Assembly (NCBI GenBank): GCA_041497195.1
Contig: JBGQGB010000001.1
Span: 143,672-207,671, forward strand
Origin: Candidatus Doudnabacteria bacterium
Lineage (GTDB): Bacteria; Patescibacteriota; Doudnabacteria; UBA920; 2-01-FULL-46-14
Direction of reading: 5' to 3'
Length of the DNA stretch: 64,000 bases
Positions 17,109-26,564 of this stretch are shown here, in pieces (position 1 is the stretch's first letter; each line of letters starts with the position of its first letter). The notes below the pieces were generated by a model that saw only the letters and a list, made by a program, of their open reading frames with translations, did no database searches and was not told where the DNA came from. Position numbers and translations under genes: made by a program.

Positions 17109-18554
17109 TTATTTCTCCAAACGCGGAAACAGCGGCTCGGCTTTCGCCACTCTTTCCGCGGACAAACCGCTCCGGATCGCTTCCGCAGTTTCGGGCATGT
17201 AGGGCGCTAATTTTTTGGCAACCTCATAAAGCAGCGCCACTAGATTGGAAATGACTTCCTCAAAAAGTTTGGGATTTTTTTTCGCGCTCTCCCACGGCTT
17301 CGTCTCGTCTATGTATTTATTGGCCCAGGCCACCTCTTCCCAAATCCGCGCCAGTGCTTCGTGGAAGCGAAACTCCTGCAACATTTCATCGACTTCATCA
17401 AACGATCGCGGACTATGGACCATGTCAGGCAAATGCCCGTCCAAATTATTCGCAATCAAGGTGGTCAACCGGCTGAACAAATTCCCGAGCCCGTTGGCCA
17501 GATCCCCTTCGTAACGAGCTGCGAGTTTCTCCAGAGAAAAATCGCCATCTTGCCCAAACGGGATCTCGCGCAACAGAAAATATCGAACAGTATCGGCCCC
17601 GTATTTTGCCACCAAATCATTGGGATCAATGACATTGCCCAGAGATTTGCTGATTTTCTGACCGTTGATGGTGAAAAAACCGTGCGCAAAGACTTTTTTC
17701 GGCCAGGGTATGCCGGCAGCTTCCAAAAGCGCAGGCCAAATGATGCAATGAAAACGGGTAATGTCTTTTCCGACAATATGAACGTCGGCGGGCCAAAACT
17801 GCTTGTATTTTTCACCCTCTGGAAAGCCGAGAACGGAAATATAGTTGAACAGCGCGTCCACCCAGACATAAACAGTCTGCGACTGGTCCCACGGGACCTT
17901 AATACCCCACTTTACGTTCGGCCGGCTGATCGCCACGTCTTCCAACCCTTGTTCAATAAAAGCGATGATTTCGTTGCGACGCGACTCCGGTTCTATGATA
18001 AATTCACCAACCCTGATCCGCTCTTCCAAAATTTGCCCGTAGTCCGAAAGCTTGAAAAACCAATTTTTTTCTTTGAGCAACTCGGGTTTGGTTTTGTGGT
18101 CAGGACAGAGGCCATTCGCGTCCAAATCCCCCTCTCTGAGGAAGGCTTCGTGTCCCACGCAATACAATCCCTGATATTCGCCCTCGTAGACTTTTCCGGA
18201 CTTTTTCAAAAGTTCGAGGAACTGTATCACCGCCCGCTCGTGCCGCTTCTCAGTCGTGCGGATGAAATCGTCCGGCGCTATGCCTAGGCTATTCCAGGCG
18301 AAAGAAAATTTGGCTGACATTTCATGAGTGAACTCCTCCGGGGTTTTGCCGGCGGCTTTTGCCGCTCGCTCGATTTTCGAGCCGTGCTCGTCAGTGCCAG
18401 TCAAAAAGAAAGTCGGCGTCCCGGAAAAACGATAAAACCGCGCCAACACGTCAGCGGCAATGGTCGTGTAAGCCGTGCCAATATGCGGCTTGTCGTTGAC
18501 ATAGTATATAGGCGTGGTGATGTAGAATTTTTCTGGTTTGGTGATTTCAGGCAT
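17109..18554 (-). CDS. metG: methionyl-tRNA synthetase
   Basis: It carries YITTPIYYVNDKPHIGTAYTTIAADV (HIGH region) and KISKSLGNVIDP (KMSKS). Confidence 0.95.
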   Translation of the reverse strand: MPEITKPEKFYITTPIYYVNDKPHIGTAYTTIAADVLARFYRFSGTPTFFLTGTDEHGSKIERAAKAAGKTPEEFTHEMSAKFSFAWNSLGIAPDDFIRTTEKRHERAVIQFLELLKKSGKVYEGEYQGLYCVGHEAFLREGDLDANGLCPDHKTKPELLKEKNWFFKLSDYGQILEERIRVGEFIIEPESRRNEIIAFIEQGLEDVAISRPNVKWGIKVPWDQSQTVYVWVDALFNYISVLGFPEGEKYKQFWPADVHIVGKDITRFHCIIWPALLEAAGIPWPKKVFAHGFFTINGQKISKSLGNVIDPNDLVAKYGADTVRYFLLREIPFGQDGDFSLEKLAARYEGDLANGLGNLFSRLTTLIANNLDGHLPDMVHSPRSFDEVDEMLQEFRFHEALARIWEEVAWANKYIDETKPWESAKKNPKLFEEVISNLVALLYEVAKKLAPYMPETAEAIRSGLSAERVAKAEPLFPRLEK

Positions 18555-18556
18555 AG

Positions 18557-18667
18557 CTAATCCGACTCCTGCCCTCCGGAGCTCCGCCCCAGCGAAACGA
18601 AGGATGGGTCGTTGACATAATAGATGGGTGTGGTGATATAAAACTTTTTTGGTAATTCTTCTGACAT
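18557..18667 (-). pseudogene. 36-codon ORF that is a tandem duplicate of the metG 5' end; a gene remnant or possibly a leader peptide
   Basis: The minus-strand ORF encodes MSEELPKKFYITTPIYYVNDPSFVSLGRSSGGQESD, ending with TAG. Its first 20 aa and the 5'-UTR (gaatcgaattagcaATG versus gtcggattagctATG) are about 75-80% nucleotide-identical to the metG start region. The TAG lies 2 nt before the metG ATG. Confidence 0.5.
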
Positions 18668-18841
18668 TGCTAATTCGATTCTCGCCTCGCCCGGACCCGA
18701 GACACGGGGCTGGGGAGGGCTTTATTTATATAGATAAGGTCATCGCAATGAAAAATTTGTGAAACATTCATCCATAAAACAAAAAGGTCCTGACAGACCC
18801 CTTTATTATGCCAAAATTGGCAGTATTTCGCAATTTTTGAT

Positions 18842-19876
18842 TTATGCCGTTTGGTGATCCCGACTTTCCAAAAAGTCCGTCAAAAAAACTTGAAACGACG
18901 AGACGATCGGAACCGCCAAAAACATTCCCAAAATTCCCGCTAGTTTGAAGCCGACCAAAACCGCCACCATAATGACCACGGGATTGGCTCCGACAGTGCG
19001 CCCCATAATCTTTGGCACCAGAATGTAATTCTCAATCTGCTGGATGAGGATGTACATTGCGATTGTAAACAAGGCCAGAGGGGGCGACTGCACAAAAGCC
19101 AAAAATACGCCCGGCACAGCCGAGAGGATTGGCCCCAAATAAGGCACAATCTCGAGGAGTCCGGCCAACAGGGCAAGTGCCAGCGCAAATTTGACATGCA
19201 AGATCATCAGCCCAATGTAGGCTAGGATGAACAGGCAAGCCGAGAGAATCAGTTGTCCCAAAAGCCAACGACCGATTTTATTCTGAATCCGATCCGTCAG
19301 CGCCGCTGCATAAGCTTGGTGCTTGAAAGGGACCAAGGATTTGATAAAATTTTTCAGTCCGTTTTCTGAGGAGATGAGATAAAACGAGATGGCCAACACA
19401 GAAATGACTTGGATAAAACCGCTGAATACGCCGAGAGTCGTTTGGAAAAAATTACTGGTGAATTTGCTGAAACTAGCACCCAGAGAAGAAAACCCGTTGG
19501 TGATCCCCAGCTGATCCAAGACTTTCGCCACTGTCGCGTGCTGGGAGAGTTCGCTGCGAAAAGTCTCAAACCGGCCGGCGAGCTGATTGAATTGCCCGAC
19601 CATCGGTGGGATCAAAAAATAAAAAACCAAACCGAAAAAACTGACAAACACCAGATAAACTAAAATTACCGACAAGCCGCGCGGAAATTTGGCTTTGCGG
19701 TACATCCAGTCGACCAAAGGATCCATGGCAGAAGCTAAAACAATCGAAACAACCAAAATTAAAATGATGTCCTTCACCGTATACAGGGCGAAAAGCAACA
19801 AAGCAAAAACTACGATCTTGACTAGCGAGGCCGTAGAAATGTCGTATGAAACTTTTTGGACTTTTTCTTCAGTCAT
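18842..19876 (-). CDS. AI-2E family transporter (UPF0118/PerM-like permease)
   Basis: 344 aa with 7-8 TM segments. The N-terminal organisation is characteristic (IVVFALLLFALYTVKDIILILVVSIVLASAMDPLVDWM), and a conserved C-terminal region reads LVPYLGPILSAVP. Confidence 0.75.
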   Translation of the reverse strand: MTEEKVQKVSYDISTASLVKIVVFALLLFALYTVKDIILILVVSIVLASAMDPLVDWMYRKAKFPRGLSVILVYLVFVSFFGLVFYFLIPPMVGQFNQLAGRFETFRSELSQHATVAKVLDQLGITNGFSSLGASFSKFTSNFFQTTLGVFSGFIQVISVLAISFYLISSENGLKNFIKSLVPFKHQAYAAALTDRIQNKIGRWLLGQLILSACLFILAYIGLMILHVKFALALALLAGLLEIVPYLGPILSAVPGVFLAFVQSPPLALFTIAMYILIQQIENYILVPKIMGRTVGANPVVIMVAVLVGFKLAGILGMFLAVPIVSSFQVFLTDFLESRDHQTA

Positions 19877-19925
19877 GCGTTTAGAGTATATACCAGCTAC
19901 ATTAGTCTGTGAAGCTGGCTGGCCG

Positions 19926-21200
19926 CTACACCACCAACAACTTTTTGATTTCCTGCGTGTATTTTTCAGGCCCGACCACAGCCAAATTTAATTTGCCTGC
20001 TCGGAAAATATCACGCGCCACGCGTCTGACGTCCCCGGCCGTGACTTTGTCAATCAAACGAAACGCGTCCTCCGGTTCCAAAGTTTTTTTGCGAAATGCG
20101 ACCTGGTCTAAATACCAACCCAACAGGCTTTCACTCTCTTCTAGGGCCAGCGTCAAAGTCCCTTTGAGGTATTCTTTGGCTTTATTCAATTCGGAACTGC
20201 CGACCGGCACGGTTTTGATTTTTTTCAATTCGGCGACTATTGTTTTTACCACTTGCGGCAACGCATCCTGCCGCACGCCCGCCTGGATGACGAAATTTCC
20301 CGTATCCTGATAGTTCGAAGGCGTAGCCCGAACGTAATATGCCCAGCCTTTTCTCTCCCTTATTTCCGTAAAGAGGCGCGAGCTCATGCCGCCGCCGAGG
20401 ATAGTGGCCAAAACAATCTGCACGATGTCATCAGGATGATTGTGATCGTAAGAACGAAATCCCATGGCCAAATGATATTGTTCGGTTTTTTTCGGTTCCA
20501 GTTTGAACATGGAGTTTTTTTGCCGCTCTTTGGCGCGCTGCCAACCGGGAAACTTCTTCCGCGCGACTGCTGCCCAAAATTTTTCGACAAGCTGGTTGAG
20601 TACGGCACTGTCATAAGCGCCCACCACGGCCAAAATCATATTTTGCGGCTGGTAAAAAGTACCGACATAATCGAGGATATTTTGTCTAGTGATTTTCTGA
20701 ATGACCGGCTTGGTCCCTGCGATATTGCGGCCCAGTGGCTGCTCCGGCCACATCACCTCCTCCAGGACATCCTCGACGTGACGCATGGGCGTATCCTCGT
20801 ACATATTGATTTCCTCAATGATGACGCCTTTTTCCCGCTCGATTTCTTCGGCGGCAAAAACAGGATGTTGCAGCATGTCGGTCAGCACTTCAAAAATAAA
20901 TCTCAGGTGTTTTTTGGCAGCCTTGATGTAAAACTGCGTATGCTCTTTGCCGGTGTTGGCATTGTACTCCGCCCCGATGGCATCAAGGGCGTGGCTGAGG
21001 GCGTGCGCGGTCGGGTATTTCTGCGAACCTTTGAAAAAAAGATGTTCCAGAAAATGGGAGATGCCGTTGATGTTTTTCGTCTCCTGCCGCGAACCGGTTT
21101 TGATGAACATATCCACCAGCACGGATTTGGCTGACTTGATCGGCACAGCCAAAACAGTCAAACCATTTTTTAAAACTTTTTTCGTATACATATCGAGCAA
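19926..21200 (-). CDS. M16-family zinc peptidase (insulinase-like)
   Basis: It carries the inverted zinc-binding motif HFLEHLFFKG (HxxEH) with a downstream glutamate region. 424 aa. Confidence 0.8.
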   Translation of the reverse strand: MLDMYTKKVLKNGLTVLAVPIKSAKSVLVDMFIKTGSRQETKNINGISHFLEHLFFKGSQKYPTAHALSHALDAIGAEYNANTGKEHTQFYIKAAKKHLRFIFEVLTDMLQHPVFAAEEIEREKGVIIEEINMYEDTPMRHVEDVLEEVMWPEQPLGRNIAGTKPVIQKITRQNILDYVGTFYQPQNMILAVVGAYDSAVLNQLVEKFWAAVARKKFPGWQRAKERQKNSMFKLEPKKTEQYHLAMGFRSYDHNHPDDIVQIVLATILGGGMSSRLFTEIRERKGWAYYVRATPSNYQDTGNFVIQAGVRQDALPQVVKTIVAELKKIKTVPVGSSELNKAKEYLKGTLTLALEESESLLGWYLDQVAFRKKTLEPEDAFRLIDKVTAGDVRRVARDIFRAGKLNLAVVGPEKYTQEIKKLLVV

Positions 21201-21267
21201 TCTACAATTTTGTAATTTTCAATTTTTAATCAATTACTCAATGAAAATTCACTGGGAATTGAAAATT

Positions 21268-22308
21268 TTAATTAATAATCATCGTTTTCAAATCTCTCGG
21301 AATCTTTGAGGGAACCTTGCCGCTGCGATTGTCGACTATTACCATATCCTCGATCCTCACCCCTCCCCACTTTTCAATATATATCCCCGGCTCTACTGTG
21401 ACAACCATATTGGCTTGCAAAACGTCTTCTGATTCAGTGGAAAAATTCGGCAATTCGTGAATCTCCAAGCCGACTCCGTGTCCCGAATTGTGCGTGAAAT
21501 ATTGTCCGAATCCTTGTGAGGCGATGTAGTCGCGGGCTACAGCATCTACTCCGGATGCCTTGGCTCCCGGTCGGACCTTGCTAATTGCAAACTGCTGGGC
21601 TTCCTGCACTATCTGGTATACTCGCTCTTGCTTTTTATTGGGCTTGCCGAGAAATAGAGTCCGGGTGAAGTCAGAATGATAGCCATCCACTAAAACCCCA
21701 AAGTCTAAGAGCAAAAAATTATTTTTGCCGATTTTTGTGCTGCCGGAAAGATGATGAGGGGCCGCCGCATTTGCGCCAAACGCGACGATTGAATCAAACG
21801 CCATGCCGTCAGCGCCAAGTTTCTTGGCTATCTGAGTCATTTCCAGGGATACAGCTGCTTCAGTCATGCCCAATTTCACAAATTTTTTTATATGTTGAAA
21901 AATTTTATCCACCACGAGCTGGCCCTGACTGATGGCCGCAAGCTCTTGGGCAGTTTTGACCGCGCGCATGTTTTCCACGACATCCCTCGTCACCTGGTGC
22001 CGCCCGCCAAATTTCTTGAGCCATTTCAGCTCGCGCAAACTAATCCGGTCTTCAATGCCGATCTTGCCGGATTGTTTCAAAGCGCTCCCCAGGGATTTTA
22101 GATTTTTGACCGGCAAGCTTGACTCGCGGCGCGCCCGAATCAAGTACCGGTCATCCACAAAAAGCTCTGCCCGTTTTTTGCTCACCAGCACTGCCCCGGC
22201 CGAACCGGTAAATCCGGAAATATATTGACGATTGATCTTGGTCAATACCAAAAAAGCTCCCAGCTTTTCTGATTGCAAATATTGCCTCAAACGCGAAATC
22301 CTATTCAA
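21268..22308 (-). CDS. M24-family Xaa-Pro aminopeptidase
   Basis: It has the creatinase/prolidase N-terminal domain plus an M24 catalytic domain with HGVGLEIHE and metal-ligand residues. Confidence 0.85.
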   Translation of the reverse strand: MNRISRLRQYLQSEKLGAFLVLTKINRQYISGFTGSAGAVLVSKKRAELFVDDRYLIRARRESSLPVKNLKSLGSALKQSGKIGIEDRISLRELKWLKKFGGRHQVTRDVVENMRAVKTAQELAAISQGQLVVDKIFQHIKKFVKLGMTEAAVSLEMTQIAKKLGADGMAFDSIVAFGANAAAPHHLSGSTKIGKNNFLLLDFGVLVDGYHSDFTRTLFLGKPNKKQERVYQIVQEAQQFAISKVRPGAKASGVDAVARDYIASQGFGQYFTHNSGHGVGLEIHELPNFSTESEDVLQANMVVTVEPGIYIEKWGGVRIEDMVIVDNRSGKVPSKIPRDLKTMIIN

Positions 22309-23698
22309 GCTGTTTTTGTAAATATTCTGCCAATTCTTTGATGGCGACTCGCTCCTGCTTCATCGAGTCACGGTCCCGGACCGTAACTTTTTTGTCTTCC
22401 ACACTCTCAAAATCGACAGTCACGCAGAAAGGCGTGCCGATTTCATCCTGCCGGCGATACCTTTTCCCGATTGACGCGGTCTCGTCATACTGGCACATGA
22501 ACTTTTTCTGTAAATCATGATAAATCTCTTTCGCCGGTTTCGACAGCTCTTCTTTCCGCGAGAGAGGCAAAACGGCAACCTTGATCGGAGCCAATGCCTT
22601 TGGCAAACGCAGAACCACTTCTTCTTCTTTCACGCTCTCAGTGGTAGTGCTGCGCCCGCCTTTGATTTCTTCATAGCAAGAAAGGAGCACTGCCAGCACA
22701 GTACGCTCAACCCCGAGTGACGGCTCAATCACGTGGGGAATAAATTTTTCTCCTGTTTCGGGGTCACGGTATTCCAAATCTTTGCCAGAGAGTTTTTGGT
22801 GCGCACTCAAATCAAAATTTGTCCGATAAGCGAGGCCGTAAAGCTCTTTTTGCCCGAAAGGAGATTCAAATTCGACATCAACAGTCCGCTTGCTGTAATG
22901 GGCCCGCTCCCCGTCGGATATGTTTACATACTTTACCAGTTTCTCATCAATTCCTACGGCCTTGATCCATTTTTTCATTTCAGAAAGCCATTTTTCAAAC
23001 TGCTCTTTCCAACCCCTTTCCTTAATAAAATACTCGATTTCCATTTGCTCAAATTCTCTGGTGCGAAAAATGAAATTGCCCGGCGTGATTTCGTTTCGAA
23101 AAGCTTTACCAATCTGCGCCACGCCAAAGGGAATCTTCATTCTCGTGGTTTCTAGAATCTGCTTGAAATCTACAAATATAGCTTGCGCTGTTTCTGGACG
23201 GAGATAAACTATATTCTCTTGGGCTTCAAGTGGTCCCAAGTTAGTCTTAAACATCAAATTAAACTGTCTTTGATCACTCAGCTGGTTTTTACTTCCACAT
23301 ACCGAGCACTCTTTAGAAAATTTTTCTGCAATTTCCTCATACCTTCCTGTCGATGCGATTTTATATTTTACTGTCCAAAATGACATTAGATCTTCTCTTC
23401 GATGTCGGGTATGGCATTTCTTACACTCGATTAATGTATCATTGAAATTTTCCAAGTGCCCACTGGCTTCCCAAACTTTGGAATTCATAATAATATTCGC
23501 GTCCAGCCCGACCACATCTTCCCGCTCTTGCACGAACATCTTCCACCAAAGCTTTTTGATGTTGTTCTTTAGCTCTACTCCTAAAGGGCCAAAATCATAA
23601 GAGTTCGCCAGACCGCCATAAATTTCCGAACCTGGAAAAATGAAACCCCGGCGCTTGCTCAGGCTGATGATTTTCTCCATCAAATCGTTTTTTTGCAT
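22301..23698 (-). CDS. glyQS: glycyl-tRNA synthetase (dimeric class II, GlyQS type)
   Basis: The N-terminus GFIFPGSEIYGGLANSYDFGPLGVELKNNIKKLWWKMFV is diagnostic of eukaryote/archaeal-type GlyRS, as found in many bacteria. The motif 2/3 regions are present. Confidence 0.9.
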   Translation of the reverse strand: MQKNDLMEKIISLSKRRGFIFPGSEIYGGLANSYDFGPLGVELKNNIKKLWWKMFVQEREDVVGLDANIIMNSKVWEASGHLENFNDTLIECKKCHTRHRREDLMSFWTVKYKIASTGRYEEIAEKFSKECSVCGSKNQLSDQRQFNLMFKTNLGPLEAQENIVYLRPETAQAIFVDFKQILETTRMKIPFGVAQIGKAFRNEITPGNFIFRTREFEQMEIEYFIKERGWKEQFEKWLSEMKKWIKAVGIDEKLVKYVNISDGERAHYSKRTVDVEFESPFGQKELYGLAYRTNFDLSAHQKLSGKDLEYRDPETGEKFIPHVIEPSLGVERTVLAVLLSCYEEIKGGRSTTTESVKEEEVVLRLPKALAPIKVAVLPLSRKEELSKPAKEIYHDLQKKFMCQYDETASIGKRYRRQDEIGTPFCVTVDFESVEDKKVTVRDRDSMKQERVAIKELAEYLQKQLE

Positions 23699-23779
23699 AA
23701 ACCAAGTATACCAAATGCTTCGTGGTTTGATAAATAAATTAGGGGTAGCCGGTTTTTGACTTCGACTACCCCTGACCTC

Positions 23780-24898
23780 CTAATGCGTTCGTCTGAATAC
23801 TGCTTCCACTGCCTCAGCCAGGCGCTTGACGCCTTCGTCAATCTCCTCTGGTGTCAACGCGCAGAACGGCAAGCGCAGAAAATCTTCGCCCTGGCTCGGA
23901 TCTGCGAAAAAATCCCGTCCATCTGTGAGATTCAATTGCCTGTTTTTTGCCTCAGCCTGCACAGCATTACCAGAAACTCCTATCGGCAAACGCAGCGAGA
24001 CAAAAAACCCGCCAGTAGGATGCGTCGACTTTGCATCAGGTAAATACTTGTGCAGGGCTCCAAGGCAGGCCTCCAAGCGTGGCCGGTACAAGGTTCGCTG
24101 TTTTTCCTCCAAGTCAGCGAGCCAGGGGTCCGAATAAATTTCGCAGACCATGGCTTGCGCAAGCTGATCTGGAGCCACGTAGTAGTTGGCCGCAACTTTG
24201 GCCATGCGCTCCACAAGCTTGCCTGGGCCGATAAAATATCCCACACGTGGAGTCGGCGAAATGAGCTTGGAAAACGATCCGGTTTGCACCACGTGGCCGT
24301 TGCGCGGACACAGCTCGCGCAAGGGCGGCCATGGAGTCGAAAAACTGGAATAATAGTGAAGATGCCGATACGGGCTGTCCTCGAAAATGACCAGTCCGTG
24401 TTTTTCTGCAAGCCGGATAACCTCGTGGCGTTTTGCCTTCGAATATCGCGCGCCGCTGGGGTTTTGAAAATCCGGCTGGGTATAGAACAGTTTGAACGGA
24501 TACTCAACCAACCGCTGTTCGAGAATGTCCAGGTCTGGCCCGTCGGCGAGCATTGGCACGCCGCAAATATGCGGCTTATGACGCTCGAAAATCCGCAACG
24601 CCCGATCGTATGTCGGTTCGTCGACCAGAATGCTATCCCCTTGCAACTGATCTTGACAAAACAGCTCAATGGCCATAAGCGAACCAGGTGTAATCAGGAC
24701 TTCTTCCACCGACACGCCAAACTTCGCTGCCAGCACCTCTCGCAGCCCGCGCAGTCCGACTGCTTCGCCGTAGCCGAAAAGTTTGTCTCCATACTTCTCC
24801 AGGACCTGAGGCATTAAAGCACTGACCAGGGCCAGGGGATGTGTTTCTGGAGCCGGCACTCCGCGCATAAAATTGATCGGTTTGATTTCCGACAACAT
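23780..24898 (-). CDS. PLP-dependent aminotransferase, class I/II fold
   Basis: 372 aa. It carries the SFSKLISPTPRVGYFIGP motif (PLP lysine in SxSK) and an aminotransferase-like N-terminal region. Confidence 0.7.
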   Translation of the reverse strand: MLSEIKPINFMRGVPAPETHPLALVSALMPQVLEKYGDKLFGYGEAVGLRGLREVLAAKFGVSVEEVLITPGSLMAIELFCQDQLQGDSILVDEPTYDRALRIFERHKPHICGVPMLADGPDLDILEQRLVEYPFKLFYTQPDFQNPSGARYSKAKRHEVIRLAEKHGLVIFEDSPYRHLHYYSSFSTPWPPLRELCPRNGHVVQTGSFSKLISPTPRVGYFIGPGKLVERMAKVAANYYVAPDQLAQAMVCEIYSDPWLADLEEKQRTLYRPRLEACLGALHKYLPDAKSTHPTGGFFVSLRLPIGVSGNAVQAEAKNRQLNLTDGRDFFADPSQGEDFLRLPFCALTPEEIDEGVKRLAEAVEAVFRRTH

Positions 24899-24934
24899 GA
24901 TGTCCTCCTTATTTATTTCCGAAACTTCAGTCTA

Positions 24935-26122
24935 TCACTTGGCCTGATAAGTTTCAAGCAGTTCCCCGAAGCTTCCAAACTCTATGGCCCGCCGAACTTT
25001 GTCCATCAGATCCAGATAAAACCGCAGATTGTGCATGGTCGCCAGCCTCACCCCAAGTGGCTCTTTGGCCGCAAACAGGTGCCTGATATAAGCTCGATTG
25101 TGGTGGGTGCAGCCATAGCAGCTGCAGGTATTATCCACTGGCGTGAAATCCTCCGCATACTCTTTCCTGGCGATTTTGAGGATTTCGTATCCACCGCCTT
25201 TTTTGTTGATGAAAAATTGCCCGTGCCGGCCGTTTCTGGTCGGGATGACGCAATCAAAGGTATCAATACCCAGGCTCACGGCTTTCAAAATTTGTTCTGG
25301 AAAACCAACCCCGAGGAGGTGTCGCGGTTTTGCCGCCTCCAAATGCGGGATTGTGAATCCCAAAACTTTGTACATGGTCTCGGCATCCTCGCCAACTGCC
25401 AAGCCGCCGATGCCGTAACCGTCAAAACCGATCTTCTGCAATTCTTTTACGGATTGTTTTCGCAGATCTTCAAAATCCCCGCCCTGAACTATTCCATAAA
25501 GCCGCTGCCCCGGATTGAGACTGCTTTTGAGGATTTTTTCAAAATGCAGTTTTGCCCGCGCAGCCCATTTGCTCGTCAGCTCCAGGGATTTTTTGATTCG
25601 CTCTTTTGACGCTGGCAGACCTGGCACGTCATCGAGCACCAAAGCAATATCAGAGGCCAAATTGGACTGGATCTGTACCGATGTCTCAGGAGTCAGCAGA
25701 TGGCTGAGGCCGTCGAGTTCATTTTGAAACTCGACACCACTCTCGGAAATTTTTTTGAGAATCGGCATCGGTTCTTGACTGTCTGTCGCTTCTCGATCGT
25801 TATTTTGTCTCTTCTCCCCGAGACTGAAAACCTGAAACCCGCCCGAGTCTGTAAAAATCGGCCCGTCCCAGCCCATAAATTTATGCAAACCGCCGGCTTT
25901 GTGAATCAGCGCATCACCAGGCCGAAGCCAGAGATGATAAGTGTTGGCCAAAACCATTTCCGCGCCCCAGAATTTGAGCTCCTCCGCCGTGACGGACCGG
26001 ACGCTACCTTTGGTACCTATCGGTAAATACGCAGGGGTATGGACCTGCCCGTGCGGCGTGTAGATGACCCCTGTTCTGGCCTGGCTTTTGGGGTCCGTTT
26101 TTATAATTTGAAAAAAATCCAT
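24935..26122 (-). CDS. tgt: queuine tRNA-ribosyltransferase
   Basis: It carries LANTYHLWLRPG, FTDSGGFQVFSLG and the C-terminal zinc site CSCYGCTHHNRAYIRHL. Confidence 0.9.
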   Translation of the reverse strand: MDFFQIIKTDPKSQARTGVIYTPHGQVHTPAYLPIGTKGSVRSVTAEELKFWGAEMVLANTYHLWLRPGDALIHKAGGLHKFMGWDGPIFTDSGGFQVFSLGEKRQNNDREATDSQEPMPILKKISESGVEFQNELDGLSHLLTPETSVQIQSNLASDIALVLDDVPGLPASKERIKKSLELTSKWAARAKLHFEKILKSSLNPGQRLYGIVQGGDFEDLRKQSVKELQKIGFDGYGIGGLAVGEDAETMYKVLGFTIPHLEAAKPRHLLGVGFPEQILKAVSLGIDTFDCVIPTRNGRHGQFFINKKGGGYEILKIARKEYAEDFTPVDNTCSCYGCTHHNRAYIRHLFAAKEPLGVRLATMHNLRFYLDLMDKVRRAIEFGSFGELLETYQAK

Positions 26123-26489
26123 ATGAAAAATTGCTAAATAAAGCCGCTATCAGTATATACGCTGCATTACCGCGGTGTCTAAAAGCTTGACAAATGTAAG
26201 ATAAAGGAATAAGCTAAGGGTGCTTAAGCAATACGCCTGTAGGCTCCGCCAGACACAAAAGTACGGAGTTACGCTACATAGGAGGGCAGAAACGCAAAAG
26301 CTCTTTCACAAATACCCGAGATTAAGTTTTATAGTCTTCTCAAGGCAAAACCGCGAGCATGCAATATTCGATAGTCCTGCTGACAAGCCAGCAGAGCCAA
26401 AACCAATCGCGGGTCATACGAGAACGAACCGCCAAGCTCAAGCCTGGCAATAGAGACCACATTTTAGTAATTAAAAATACCACAGTGCA

Positions 26490-26545
26490 CAAGGAGTAAA
26501 AACCCCGACACTATGATCCCAGGGATCAATCGTGCCGGGGTTTTG
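26490..26545 (-). terminator. rho-independent terminator of pnp
   Basis: The minus strand reads CCCCGGCAC-N20 (with an inner GATCC/GGATC hairpin)-GUGUCGGGG followed by UUUUU. It starts 20 nt after the pnp stop. Confidence 0.55.
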
Positions 26546-26564
26546 TTATGCCAGCAAATACTTT

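Noticed and set aside
26123-26564. RNase P RNA, tmRNA or SRP RNA in the tgt-pnp gap
   Set aside because: No GGAAAGUCCGG-type P4 motif was found, no tRNA-like CCA-ending domain, and no SRP domain-IV GGAA tetraloop context. An unknown sRNA cannot be excluded; it is flagged as a finding instead.
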